64,000 nucleotides of DNA from the human T2T-CHM13v2.0 reference genome, Homo sapiens (GCF_009914755.1 NC_060925.1), one strand, 5' to 3'. Counted from the first letter of the stretch, positions 1 to 13,100 are shown. The notes: generated by a model not told the origin, from the letters alone. Numbers and translations: made by a program.

Positions 1-217
1 CAGTCTGGACAACAAAGTGAGACCCTGCTCTCCACCAAAAAAAAAAAAAAAAAAAAAAAAAAATTAGCCAGGTGGAGTGCCTCGTGCCTGTAGCCCCAGC
101 TACTCAGGAGACTAAGGCAGGTGGCTCACTTGAGCCCAGGAGTTTGAGGCTACAGTGAGCTGTGATGGCACCACTGCACTCCACCTTGGGTGATTCTGTC
201 TCTAACAACAGCAACAA
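1..217 (+). mobile_element. Alu (AluJ-like), cut by the window edge, with an expanded central A linker
   Basis: Right-arm motifs tgtagccccagctactcaggag and ccactgcactcc; pure A run at about 37-63. Confidence 0.9.
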
Positions 218-414
218 TTACTCCTATTTTAGAAATAAAGAAATTGAGCCTTAGTGAGATTGATGAACTTACCCGGTCACACAACAAAACTGAGGCTTGA
301 ACCCAGACCTGCTGGGCCACAGCCTGGGCGTCTGAGAACTATGATGTGTTTGCTCACAGCATCTTACCAGGGACCCTCTTACTGAACTTACTCTAGGCCC
401 AGTCTTCTGCCACT

Positions 415-545
415 ATGACAACAATCGCGTGAGGAAGGGGTGTCAACATGCCCAATTTACAGAGGGAGAAACTGCTCAGAGAGGTTGAGTGACTTGCCCT
501 TGTTCACAAAGCTAATGAGGAAGAACCGGGACTCGAGCCCAGGGC
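415..545 (-). mobile_element. MIR SINE fragment (another at about 225-310)
   Basis: cccaatttacagagggagaaactgctcagagaggttgagtgacttgccc is the reverse complement of the MIR core. Confidence 0.8.
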
Positions 546-1221
546 CTCCTAATTCCTCCCTTGTGGTGGTGTCTCCAGCCTGTGGCTTCTCCCTCTTCCT
601 CCCAATGTCTCAAGAAGCCCAGGTACACCCCCCACCCCCTCACCTGCCTGCTTGGGCTCCCAGCTGTCCTCAGTCCTCTCCTGATCCCAGGCAGAGGAAG
701 AGGCTGACTCCCTGGTGCTTCCAGCCAGGCCCTGCTCATCCCTTCTTCCCAGCTCTCAGCTTCCTGGACTCCCACTAGACCCAGAGTTACTCAATGCAGT
801 GACGGGTTTCTCTCTGTGTCCAAGAATTTGGTGAAGTGTCTCATGTGGGTGCCTTGCCCCATAGCTGGGGCATCCTCTGGTGGTTTTTAAAGGAGCAGAA
901 GATACCAAGAAGCCACAGGCCTCCTCCAGAGCAAGTTCATCAAAGATGCCAGTGGGGCCGGCTCTGAATCAGATGGAGGCCAGTGCATCTGTGTGTGTAC
1001 GGAGGAGAATGGCGTTGGGAGTATGAGCAAGGCAGCCCATGAGAGCTGGGGTGCACTTCCTTCAGCTGAGGCCCCCCAGTCCTCAAGGTTGCAGCATTCA
1101 TCTCCATCACTCCTGTCCCCAGGGCCTTTTTCTGCCAGGCTGCCCAGCCCTGTGGTGCAGACAGTTCTAGGCCAAGTCTCCCCAGGGTCCTGAGCCCTCC
1201 CATGCTCCCATCCATGCTTAC

Positions 1222-1425
1222 GTGGTCGATGAGCTCCTTGACCATGCCGTTCCACTGGCCCTTGTCATCCTGTGCCCCGTACTTGCCGTCCTCCACCAGC
1301 CGGATCTCATAGGAGAAACCAAGGATGTGGGCCAGCTCCTTTAGCAGGTCGATGCAGTAGCCCTCGAACCGGTCATTCCCGTATAGCGTCCTGTCTGATT
1401 TCCGAAACATGACGAAGGGCTCCTC
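1222..1425 (-). CDS. GRIK3: GluK3 exon 10 (204 bp), ligand-binding domain S1
   Basis: ctgcag|GAGGAGCCC ... GACCAC|gtaagc; encodes [68 protein letters not shown]. Confidence 0.97.
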
Positions 1426-1756
1426 CTGCAGAGACAGATGGGCAGGGTGTGACGAAGACTGAGCAGCTAGGGCGGAGGCAGGCTTGCACTGGAGAGTCAG
1501 GGCTAGGACCTCTGCTCATGTTTTTATAAACCCCTTGGAGTGGCTTAGACAAAGGGCCCGTGAAGTCAGGAGCGGGAAAGCACATGTCCTGAGAGCCAGC
1601 TGGGGGCCTCATGAATGGCTACCTGGTACAGGGCGGGAGCTCAGTAGGCACTTACTGATTTAATGGCCCAGTGGTTACAGAGCTAGTGAGCGGTGGAGCA
1701 GGGCTTTGAACTGGAGACCCATCCCAAGGCCCATGGTCTCTTTGCTGCACTAGTAA

Positions 1757-1943
1757 TAGAGGCTCAGCGTGTGGTCCCTGCACCTGCAGCATCAGCATCA
1801 CCTGGGAACTTGTTAGAAATGCACATTCTCAGGCCCCACCCCAGACCTAACTGAACCGGAAACTCTGGGGAGAGCCCAGCGATCTGTGTTTTCAGAAGCC
1901 TTCCAGGGAATTCTGATGTCCACTCAAGTCTGAGGACGCTGCT
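1757..1943 (+). mobile_element. MER5A (hAT-Charlie MITE)
   Basis: gtgtggtccc...cagcatcagcatcacctgggaacttgttagaaatgc...ctcaggccccaccccagacct matches the recalled consensus. Confidence 0.88.
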
Positions 1944-2214
1944 GTAAAAAGCCCTTCAGAAAGCCGTCTGCTCTAACTTCTCTTCCAACTCCAATTTAAA
2001 AGATTAGATTTACATGCTCCTGGATGCCGTTCTCTCTTTCCAAGAACCTCCTCAGTCCCCTGTGTTAGGATCCCAGGGGAGTGATTACTGGTAACAGGGA
2101 CAGCTCATCGGTAGGTGGCTGTGCCGGGCACTGGTCAATTAGCAAATGAGTTTATGCCCATGGGGGGCCTAGCACAGAGTCCAGCAGAGCTCAGCAGACA
2201 GGAGCTGGTATCGC

Positions 2215-2370
2215 CTCATTTCACCTTAATGTCAGCCCTCTGGGGTGGGTATGAATAATCCCATTTTATAGATGCAGAAAGTGAAGTTCATGAGGATATG
2301 TGAGTTGTGCAAGCACCCCTAGCCGGCATGAGAGAAGATCTGAATTCAGGTTAGTGTGACCCCAGAGTGC
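2215..2370 (-). mobile_element. MIR fragment
   Basis: cccattttatagatgcagaaagtgaag core. Confidence 0.7.
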
Positions 2371-2829
2371 GAGTTCTGTGCCTGAGGCCCATGGTGCTCC
2401 TCCCTCAGGGGCAGGCGATCCCCAGGAAGGTGCTTGTGGGTCAGAGATGCCTGTCCCATGCCAGACCCCCCACCATCCACCCCCTCCACCTGCCACAGGC
2501 TTCTTTCTTTCTGGGTGATAGGGAGCCTGGGACCGGATTTGAACAGAGCATGACTTTGTCTGATTTCTCATTTAGAAACAAACCCCTGGCAACCCTGCAA
2601 AGAATAACTGGGAGAAGAGGCAGAAGAGCCAGTGGAGAGAGGCGATCCACTTCATCCAGTCGAGATATGCAGTGTGAGGAACTGTGGGCTCCGATGCAGC
2701 AAGTCCGAATCCAGGTCAACACGCAAGTCCACGCTTTTGCCGGCACCGTCTATCTGGCTTCACTCACAAAGCCCCATCCCGTGTCCATGATGGATGCGCT
2801 GAACTCCCAGAAAATTCAACACAATTGAG

Positions 2830-3020
2830 TTCCTACTCTGCACCAGGCACTGATTTAAACTCTTTGTCACAGACTGTTTGACTTAAGCCTCACTAGCTTG
2901 CAAGATAGTAACACTGTCCTTATGTGATAGATGAGGAAATTCAGGCTCAGAGAAGGTCAGTAAGTTGCCCAAAATCACACAGGAACTGAACTACAGTGAT
3001 GGGATCCAGTTCCAATCCTT
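2830..3020 (-). mobile_element. MIR fragment
   Basis: gatgaggaaattcaggctcagagaaggtcagtaagttgcccaaaatcacacag. Confidence 0.75.
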
Positions 3021-4099
3021 CCCAGTCAGCTGCACCTCTCTCTGGCTTGGCTCTCCTGTCTGTTCCCTGGGGTCAGACCTTCCGGAGTTAATCTGCTTTT
3101 CCAGATCCCCAAATCAGGTAAAGGGCTGCCATCCCAGAGCCTGTTCCTGGACAACTCTAGTCTTCTTCTGACTCCCCTGAGCCTCCTTCCTTCGCCCCCT
3201 GCCCTGTTCCTGCCTATAGCTCCTAGGCCTCTTTCTGTCAGCCAAACGTCCCCAGACCTGCCTCAGCACCCCAACGTGACAGAATGTCTCAAGCCTTCAG
3301 TGGCTGTGTGACCATGGTTAGCTGACAGAATGCAGGAAACCAGGAAGCTCATGTCTGCATGCCCAGATTAAGGCACATGCTTAACTATGGAGGTGCCTCA
3401 TCCTTCACTCAACTGGCGGGGCCATTCCCTTGACCTCATGAGCCCCAGGGTGGGATGGGCAGTGGAAGACCCGGTGAAGACCTTTGTCAGAGGTCCTAGG
3501 AGCAGATGCTCACCAGTAGCCTCCTGCTGGGCTCCCGCTGTGGCGGCAAGCTTGAGCCTTTGGCCCTCTCTCCCAGCAGTGCTACTTCTCTAAATCCCAT
3601 CCTGCCCCATGCTTGATCCACTGGAGCTTTTCAACAGTCCCTTGGGATGCTTCAGGGAAAGAACTGGTGGGGGTGGGGCAGTCTCTGAATCCCCAAGGGA
3701 TTCCCGACTAGCCAGGGATTCTGAGTCTAACTGGGTAGGAAGCTGGACCCTCGGCTAGGCGCCATGCTTAATCTCAGTGCCTCTCTCACTCGCCTTCCAA
3801 CCAAGCAGGCAGCTCAACAAGGTTGGAGAAGAGTCCACGTGGGGCCTGGGAAAAGTGCTGAGGCTGGAGGAAGGAGGACATCGGCTGGTCCATGCACTGC
3901 CTTCATGCAAATTCATCTCTGGGCAATGCTCCTGCACCCTGGCATGGGGCCTGGCGAGCAGGGTCTTTTGGTTGATGCTCTTGTGCAATGGACAAGTTGC
4001 ACCACTGCACCTGGTGGCCCTGACTTTAGCTGATGGAAAGGATCAGAGAGAAGGTACCATCTTTCCCAGAGGATCCACCAACCACACACAGAATCCTAG

Positions 4100-4245
4100 G
4101 CAAAATTTACCTCCTTCTGTAAAATGGGGAAAATAATAGAACCTGCCTTACAAGGTTGTTGTGAGGATAAAATGAGTCAGTCTACGAAAAGCACTCAGAA
4201 TAGTGCCTGGCAACTGTTAGCTGCCAATATTATTATTATTATTAA
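4100..4245 (+). mobile_element. MIR 3' part
   Basis: ctgtaaaatgggg...ggttgttgtgaggataaaatgag...agtgcctggca, ending in (att)n. Confidence 0.8.
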
Positions 4246-7200
4246 TCATTATCATCCTTATCTTTTTCTTGTATGCTATTTGGCGGGTTACTGCAGTGAC
4301 CTTTGCAGCCTAGAGGCCACACCCAATGCATCAAAGGTTAAAACTCATGGTTGATAGCGGAAAACCATTTCAGGAAAGGTCCCTGAGATAGCTCACTTCC
4401 TGACCCTGTCTTCACGCCCCTCCCTGGCCTGATCCTCTAAAATTAGCACTTCATTTGTGAAGCCACCACAGCCCCAGAATCTATACATCTCCATATAAAT
4501 ACGCTGCCTTCAGAGCAGCTGTAAAATGCCATTAATTTCGGGAAGTGCTTTGCGGATGGCATACATATTTAACAGCCAAAGCCCAGAGCATTAAAATGGT
4601 GCTCGCCTTAGTAATGTGTCTCTAGACCTGCAACATTTCCTAGGGGGTAATTCTGAACTCCGCCAACTACTTATTCATGGACTATTTCACAATTTATTAC
4701 TGGAAATGTCCAGACAGCCAATTCACAAGCTCTCTCGGCTGCTAATCGATTGCTCAGTGAAGGTGCCCTCAATTTCATAACTTCACGCTCTTCTATTGCT
4801 CTGGGAGAACAGCCATAGGAACAGGGGTAATATTTCTCTTCAACAAGTCACGGAAAACAGGGGTCCAGAAAAATAACCGTTTCTGACTTTCCGTTGTCAG
4901 GGCTCTTGGTCCGGTTTCTCTCCGATCACTTACCCCAGCGTGCAAGCCAGGCCTAGCGCTAAGCCTCTCCCAGTGTGACAGGGTCCATGGAGTTGGAAGA
5001 GGGAGTCTTGGGGGTTATCCCCAATTTGGGAAGGATCCAGGGATTAGCTACCTGATATCTGGGTTCTGAAGCTCCTTTCTGACAGGTAACGTCAGCCCAT
5101 AGCCACACATGCACGCACAAGTATATACAATGTCCTTGGCACAAATGCACCACATTTTCAGATGTCCTGTCTGCCTAGCCCTTCTCAGACACAGAGGCCA
5201 AGGACCTTGGACCTGAGGCCTTGGCTTCAACCAGTTAGAACCAGCACACAGTATCAGGAGTCCTATTCTCCCAGCAGGAGGGGCCTAGAATCGTTCCCAG
5301 CCTGGGATAGTTCTCCCAGCCAACACTCTAGCCCCAGGTTTTTCCCCTCTCCTGCTGCTGGGTGCTGAGTGTTGGGCTTGCCTGGCAGGCAATTGAGCCT
5401 ATGTGGGTCACGATGTGCACACGGCACAAATGCACCCATCACTGAGTATCCAGATACCCGTGTGTAGCTGGTCCTACACCCACCCACACACCCGCACGCA
5501 TGCCCACACCGTGACACCATGGCTCACATCGGCAGCCAAACGAGTCTTGAACCTTCAAAAGCTGGGCCCCCAAGAGTGGGCCGGGTGTGTTTTCTCAGTG
5601 TGTGAGCTGAGGTTTGGGCAGATGAATTTTTCATGAGCTCGTGGAAGAGCGGAACCAGAACAGAGGCTGGGGCCGGGCGGTGAGAGGGCGGGGGAGGGCA
5701 GGCGTCCAGTCTCCTGCTGCTGCTGTTTCCATCTCAGGAATGGGGAAGGCTGCCAGTGGCTCTGAGGGGCCAGAAAGGGCAGTGCCAGGGCTCTGTCCAT
5801 CTGTCTGTCCAGGGTAAGGCATCTTTAGCACCTAACGCTGGGGGTTTAGGAGAGGGGAGAATAGCAGGTAGGTTTGGTGGCAGCTCACACAGAGCTGCTG
5901 CTTTCTGCCACACCAGATTCCTGGGAAAGAAAGGGGAGGAGAAACTCCCCCTTATCAGGGGTCTTGGATCCAGGCCCTGTTCCCTAGAGGCAGAGCAGTT
6001 TGATGTTGTGTACTGGTACCTTGGGACCTGCCTGTCACTCAAAGCACTGTTGCCCTGACAACATCCTCCCAGACAGGCTGGGGCTGTGCTCTCAGCAGGA
6101 GGTGCTGGCCCTACATTCAGGCTGCGAAGCATGGGGTTGGATTTTCAGCCACAGTGGCTGGGGCTGGGCCACTCCCTGTCACCTTTTAGCTGTCCCAAAG
6201 AGCCCAAGCCTGAGAGCATCCCCTAGGGCTCCAAGACATGCAGACCATGCAGAGCCTTTTGGGAACATTCTCTGGAGCATCTGGAGCAGCTCTAGTTTCA
6301 GGGGGCCCTAGGCCAGTCCTTGCATGGGAGCGAGCATCTCTCCTCAGGAGACTCCAAGGACACTTCTGGCTAGACAGACTTTCTTGGAAGCCCATGTAAA
6401 GACTGTGTCACATCCTCTATCCCCATCAGGGATACTCCAGAGGTCATTCCCTCCATTCCCCTGCCTCCAGGAAACAGTAGGCTTCTCTCACTGCCCCATA
6501 GGGGGAAGCACACCTCACCCTCCGGTGATCTCTGGGCAGTGGGGATGGAGACAGCTGAATCATCAGTCACCCCCAGGCCATGTGAGTATTTGATACTACA
6601 TGATGGGGTTAAGATGGTCAGTGGCCCCATCCATAGGCGGTGGGATATCTGCTTCAGGAGCTGAGACCGTGGCCAAGGTAGAAGGTGAGGTGGTGGTTGA
6701 TCTGGAGTTCTATATCTCAGTAGGAGACTAGGACTATGAGGGACCCATGAGGCTGCAAACCCTAATGCCTCCAATGGCCAGCTGAGAAACACAACTATAA
6801 GAAGCAGCCCAGTGTAAACAAATAGGGAGGGCTCGGGGGCAGAGTGGGGGACTATGGTGAGCCAGGGAATGGCCATGAAACTGGAAGGCACTCAAATGCA
6901 AATTAAGTTTGTAACAGAACAGCCTGTGCTAGAGATCACCTCTGTGGCCATGGGCAGGGGTCTTTGGTGAAGTTCAGGGCTCTGCCTGTGGACAGAAGTG
7001 GAGATTTTCTCAAGATCTCTCACTCAGCATGCTGTATTCAAGCTGAGCTCACTGGGGACTGGATTTGTAATCAATAATAATGAATAACAATAGCAGCTGT
7101 CACTTAGACCGCACTCTGTGCCACTTAATTAATCATTCATGCTCTGAACTCTATGAAGTAGGTGCAGTTATTAACACCTCCCTTTTTCAGGTGGAGAAAC

Positions 7201-7674
7201 TGAGGCACAGGGCGGATAAGCAATTTCTTAGGGTCATATGGCAAATCAACATCAAAGCCAGGACTCCACCCCAAAGGTCTGTGCTTTTGATCATCAAACT
7301 GTTCTTTCCTCATGTCCTGGTGGCACTGCATGTCCCAAAGAGCTCTGGGGTTGTATCTGCCCAGATGCCTTGCAGCTGAGAGGCTGTGGGACAGATGGAG
7401 CTGTGACCAGGCTATGAGCCAAGAGGGGTTCTCTGCTTTCCTAGCCCTGGGCTACCTAGGAACCAGCAGGATACTGGGAATGCAACCTCTGGGGATTCAG
7501 TGAGCACAGCAGGTCGGGGATCTTTGCAAGAAGCTGCAAGTATTGACAGAGAAGCTGTAAGCACTCACAGGTCGAGAGCATGGGGTGTCTCCTGGATTCT
7601 GCCTCTGCTTATGTAGCAAAAATCCCCTGTGCCCCTGCAGAAGGGTTTTATGCCCTTGAAATCAGGCTGCTACC

Positions 7675-8350
7675 ATTTTAATAAAATTTAACCCCTTGAT
7701 CTTTCAAGGTGCTTATATTTTGTATCCTTTTGGTATATTACCTTTAGCTTGCCTCTTACTGTTCAGAGTATTGTTTTGTGACTGACTCACCTTAGCTCAT
7801 TTAATCATCTCTCTTCCTAATCTCTTAAATCATCCTAGTTTTACCTTTTTTTAATCTTGCCTTGTGAAAAGTGTTTTATTTATATCTCACATTTTATGCA
7901 GCTCTGCTTTTAATCTTTTAGCACCTTTTTATTATTTTATTTTTACCCTTTTATATTTTAGCTTTGTCACACTTTTATCCTTTTGCTTTTTGACATTTGG
8001 GTGTTACATTTTTTACCTTGTCTAGTCAGAGCTATAAATTATTTAATTTTTCATCTTTCTTACTATCTTTCCTTTTTATCTCATTCCTTATCTTCATTTT
8101 CTCTTTGTTATTTTCCTTTTAACCTTTTTATTTTGTTCTCTTTTTAACCCTCCTTTATCTTTTCTATTTTTATCCACATCAATATCCCTTTAATTGCCCA
8201 TTAGTCTTCACCCTAATCCCTTTGCTCTTGTTATTTGTTTATTTTCATCCTTTACATTTTTACATCACAGGTTTTTTTTTTTTTTAACCCTGTTCCTCTT
8301 GAGATATTTTTGCTTATTGGTTTTAGCAGACTGATTTTTATATTTGTTTA
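7675..8350. repeat. T-rich low-complexity tract (A-rich on the GRIK3 sense strand)
   Basis: About 670 bp dominated by T, G-poor, with recurring TTTTATC/TTTTACC/TTTTAAC words. Confidence 0.85.
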
Positions 8351-9796
8351 GTTAACAAAAAGTTGATCAATAAAGGCCAGCAGGATGTGAGGTTTTAGGG
8401 AAGAAGATAGTAGGGGTCTTGCCCCAAAGAGGGGGACAGGTGTCCCCTAAGACCACCTCTTCAGGCTCTGTGGGCAGCTTGTCTGGAGCCACCGTGAGAT
8501 CTCCATCATCTTTAGCTCAGATCCTCTCAATCATCCTAACCCCGAGGGCCGATGGTGAGACTCACAGGCTAACATTTATCTCTGGATGCCGACAGGATGC
8601 CTGGTATCTGCCACTCACTGGGCTACCTGGAAGAATGGTTTTTTCCCCATTACTTCCCTTCCTGTTCCATGACATCTGCCACCCAGCCACCAAGCACATA
8701 TATGGTGAATCATCCCAGGTAGGGCCACCCAGTAGGGCCTGGTTCAGCTGCCTCTGAGGGCACATGGGTGAGAACAAGCCCCATCTGAGCACCGTGGAAG
8801 GGGCCAGGTATAGGGTGACCAGTCTGTCCTGGGTTCTGCTCCAAGGCAGCCTCACTATATCCAAAACGGGTTGAACTCCCTTTTGTGTAGAGGAATGACC
8901 CCAGCATATGGTCCTTATAAATATATTTGCTTTATTATGAGTCAGAGCTGACTAGAGCTAGCATTGTCCTCAAAGGGTCTTCAGTCATAATTCACCAGGC
9001 TGTGACTGGGCTGCCTCTCCCCAAGATGGCTCGGCTTGAGCCCCCAAAAGCAGGGCTGTGTCCCTGAGAGGATCTGTCCTGAGTCTCTGGACACCTCTGA
9101 GGCCTTCCAGGAGGGACAGGCACAGGTGGAGTGGGCACAGCCCTGGCAGCACAAGGGGGTCAGCAGCCTGGGTCTGTCCTCCTGCCCCCGCATGAGCTCA
9201 AAGGTGCAGAGAGCCCATGGGAGGCCCCCAGAGTTGCTTCTTGGTTTGAAACAGGTCAGGAGAAGGCGGTGCTATTCAGTTGGGGAATAGAGAGAAGATG
9301 GGGTGTGATTCCAGGCAGGGGGTGTGGCAGTGGCTGACGGCTCTCGGAAGGGCCACTATAGAATGCGGCATGTGTACAGGCTCCCAGCACCTGCTGGGCT
9401 CTCGAGGTGTGGCCACAGCACCCACCACAGCTGGGGTGACTTGTGGGAAAGGCTTTTGCCTGGGAACTGGGGTGGGAGAGGCGAATCCTCACTCAGGTTG
9501 CAATGGGCTGTCAAACCCCCTTAATTCCACCATCCAGCATGGTTCCTACTCAGACATCAAGGACTTGGGGAGTGAGTGGGAGTGAGACACAAAAACGCAG
9601 CGGCTTCCGCCCGTGGCAGCGAGCAGCGCTGCTGCGCTCCAGCTGCTCTCTGAGAACTTCCTGCTGACTCTAAAAGTCTCCACCTACCTGCAGCCTCCAT
9701 CTTCTGGGTGGGGGGGATAGAGGGGACTCTCCAGCCCGAACGGCCACCCCACCCCCAGGTCGGACAGTCCTTCCTGCAGGGGCTGCAGGCTCTTAC

Positions 9797-9910
9797 CAGC
9801 ACTGTGGTGACAATGAGTGATCTGTTTGTCAGAGAGTCGGTGACATTAGGGCCTCGGCCTTTGGCAACCTCAGTGATGTTGAGCCCGTCGGCAGGACTCC
9901 ACACCCCAAC
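9797..9910 (-). CDS. GRIK3: GluK3 exon 9 (114 bp), end of the ATD and linker into S1
   Basis: catccag|GTTGGGGTG ... GTGCTG|gtaaga; encodes [38 protein letters not shown]. Confidence 0.97.
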
Positions 9911-9983
9911 CTGGATGGACACAGACAGAAAACAGGGTGCCGAGTCCTTGGTCTACCCATCTTCCTCCATATCGACAAGACCT

Positions 9984-10050
9984 TCATCTCATTCCCATTC
10001 ATCATGAGCCTCATTGTCATGATCATCATCATCATCACCACTGCCATTGT
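9984..10050. repeat. Degenerate (CAT)n
   Basis: catgatcatcatcatcatcaccactgccat. Confidence 0.8.
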
Positions 10051-13000
10051 GTTTCCAGTTATAACCGTTCTGGACAACATCCCTGCAGCTCTCCCTCCTC
10101 TCCTGACGAGGGTCCCAGGGTGTCGAATCTCTGAATTCTGCCACCTCCCTTGCTGGCAAGCCCATCACAGCTGAAGGGGAAAATGCAGAGAGAGACAGCA
10201 AATGCGAAGGCAGCCCCAGGGGTCTCAGGGCTGAGCAGATGCCAATCAGGGGCTGGAGGGAATCAGGGGTCTATGGTCAGTGCCAGGTCTTGCCCTGGGA
10301 CACAGTCTTTGTGGCTGTTTTGGGGTGGCAGCACAAGGAGGGGATGGACCTCACTGGGAAATGCTGCTGGGTTTAAAGGCAGTTTGCTTTGTGGTTTTAC
10401 ATTTAAAACTGGCAGACACACAGACTAAGGTAGAATAATCTCTCTCTCTACAGCGTCCTTGTGGATATCGGGCCTGAGGCTAGAGGTAGAGAAGGAAAGG
10501 TCAAGTTTAGAAATCATCCTAAAGCCCTGGGCCTCTTGAAGATCCTTTTTGACCCAACTCTGGCCAGCTCTGCCTGGTCTCAGCTCCTCTCACTCAAGGA
10601 AGGCTTCTGCATGCCCACTCTGTCCTTGGCCCAGTTAGGGGGGCTACTCAGGACACTTAATCAATTAAACAGAGAGGCTGAATGCAAACATCCCATTAAG
10701 AGAGCTGCGCAGAGCAGACAGCAGAGAGACATGTAATTATGCTTGGGTAATTCTGCCTTAATCCTCCCAAAGCCACCGGTTGGAGCTGGCTGGATCAGCT
10801 ATGACCCGGCTTAGCAAACAAGTGATAATATGAGAGGCAGAGTAGCTGTGTTTGGGAGCTCAGCATCCTCTCAGGGCGGGATCCCTGCCTACATAGACCA
10901 CCCAGGGCCTTGAGGAGAGGAAAGTGGTAGACGGCATCGAAGAGGCTCTTCTCTTAAGTGGGCTGAGCTCAGAGCCAAGCTCACTTTGAGCGTGCCTAGC
11001 AGAGCACCTGGGTGCAGGAGGTGCTTGGCAAACATCTGTTCAGAGGCCACATGAAGAGCACAGACCCTCACTTGAGCTCCAACTGCATGCTCTGTTAGAT
11101 ACCAGGTGCTATGGAGATGTGAGGCCAGTTAGGACTGAGGAGGACCCAGCCTGTGGAGGCTCTGTGCTCACAGTCCGGGTGGCTGTGACCCGGTGCCTTG
11201 GTGAGTGCCTCTGGCAGGCTAACCTCTGCCCAGGGATAATAGAGTTTTTCTTGAGTATTAGCTACGGCCAATTTGAACCAGCTGCCTGGAGGGCTGTTTG
11301 GAGAAGGATGTTGCAGGTGGGATCAGGTGGAAAGAGTACTCAAATGACGGATTATTGATGCCTTTTATGGCACAGGGTGGGAAGTAGTGGCATATGTGCC
11401 ACCTAATTGCCCTCCCTAGAATTTTAGGTTATCCCTAGAGATGGGTAGCTGAGAGAGCAAAAGTGGGACAGCTACTTGAGTGAATACTGCATTCACTCTA
11501 GCACTGCCAGAGGAGGAAGGGTGCTCTCCATCACTGCAGGAGCTTAAATAGAAGCTGGAAGATCGCTTGATGAGAACTCATAGAGTTTGTGTAGGGTTGA
11601 GCAAACTGGCCCCTGTGATCTTAGGAGGGGAGGCCACAGCCCCTGTTATTAAGGGACTGATGCTATATATGGTGTGAAATAATTACAGAGTAATAGGGAG
11701 GCTTCCCCAGCCACCTCCTCCCTTGCACAGTGGCTCCCATGAGTAGGTGGGAAAGTCGGGAGAGACTGGAATAACTGTGGCCACAGGTACAAGGAGGACA
11801 GCATTGAGCTAGGCAGAGCCAGCCTTTGCCTGAGGGACAGAGGTCACATCCTGCAACCAGGGCAATTGTGTGGGCAATGGCCTGGAGGTCCAGGAGGGAG
11901 GGAGCATGATGGGGCCATGGGGTATGTTTCAGGGAAATGTGGAAACGAGGCCCAGAAGGGCCAGTTGGTGCATTTCTTGGAGAGCTGAAGTTTAATGACT
12001 TGGCACTAGGGAGCCATGGGCAGTTTCAGAGCAGGGCAGAGCTGTGCTTGGGGAAGCCTCATCTGTGTGTACACTCTGGATGGCTGGAGGGCTCAAGAAC
12101 CAGGGCGGCATGTTAAAATAATCCACATAAAATGCTTGAACCAGGGCACTGCCGGGGTGGAGAGGACCGAAATCAGAGTCTTGAGCCCCAGAGGCATCCG
12201 AAGTGGCCCCTCCACTCTGCTGGCTTCTGCTCACTACATTTCATACACAGCAACTTGCAGGGTTGGGGAGGTGCCCTTGTGGCTCCCAGGGACCCACTTG
12301 CTGGGGACAGAGTGTGGCTGAGCCCCCAGAATCCAGGTCCCAGGGGATGCTGTGAATTGAGGGCTCGTATTAAATCTCCCTTCTTGGCCCAGCAGCCTGA
12401 CATTGACAGAATATGCTGAAGGTTCCCAGGGACTGGGATTGGCCTCATTAAAACATCTCTATGTTAGCCAGATGGGAGGCCCCAGCCCCAGGCAGGCCCG
12501 CTTTCCTGGTCCAAACTCTCTGGAATCGCAGAGGCCTTAGAAGCCCAGAGCGAAGGAGCTCAGAATCCATGTGCTTCAACCTCTTTCCAAGGGAAAGAAT
12601 CACCTTCAGTCTCCCAGACAAGCAACTGCTCTATCTTTGCTTAAATGTCTCCAGTGACAGTGAGCTCACTACTCACAGGGGAGATACTCTCTGGTTAGAA
12701 AGGTTTTATGTTTTTTATATTCTTAAATTTTTACCCAAGAACATGTCTGTCCTTCTGCTCCATGACAGCCCTGCAGGGACTCAGAGACAGTCCATCCACC
12801 CCATGGGCCTTTGTTATGCTTCCGAGGTTAGGCATCCCCAATGACCCTTACTCACAGAGTGACAGTGTGGGTGTCTGCTGCAGCCAGGCCACTGGCTTCT
12901 GTACCCTCCAGTCCAACCAGGCCTTCTTGTTCTCTGATGGGCCCCCAAGAGCTACAGGCTACACTGGACCAAGTCAATCCCTGAGGGGCAGCTGGACTGT

Positions 13001-13100
13001 GTCTTGCCCCTTGCCTCTGGGCCTCTGACTGAGGTCTGCCCTAGGAGATTTAAGAAGCCCCTGCTCCTCCGCCTGCCCTCCCTCTCCTGAGACCACGCAC

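Noticed and set aside
1420-1428. NAGNAG acceptors (CAG GAG) at exons 10 and 2
   Set aside because: GAG is a very poor acceptor after CAG, so meaningful use is unlikely.
8785-8805. REST/NRSE-like CTGAGCACCGTGGAAGGGGCC
   Set aside because: The right half-site lacks the GGACAG core, so there are too many mismatches to call.
9984-10050. YCAY cluster just upstream of exon 9 as a NOVA site
   Set aside because: The YCAY words are on the plus strand; the GRIK3 pre-mRNA reads UGAUGA there.
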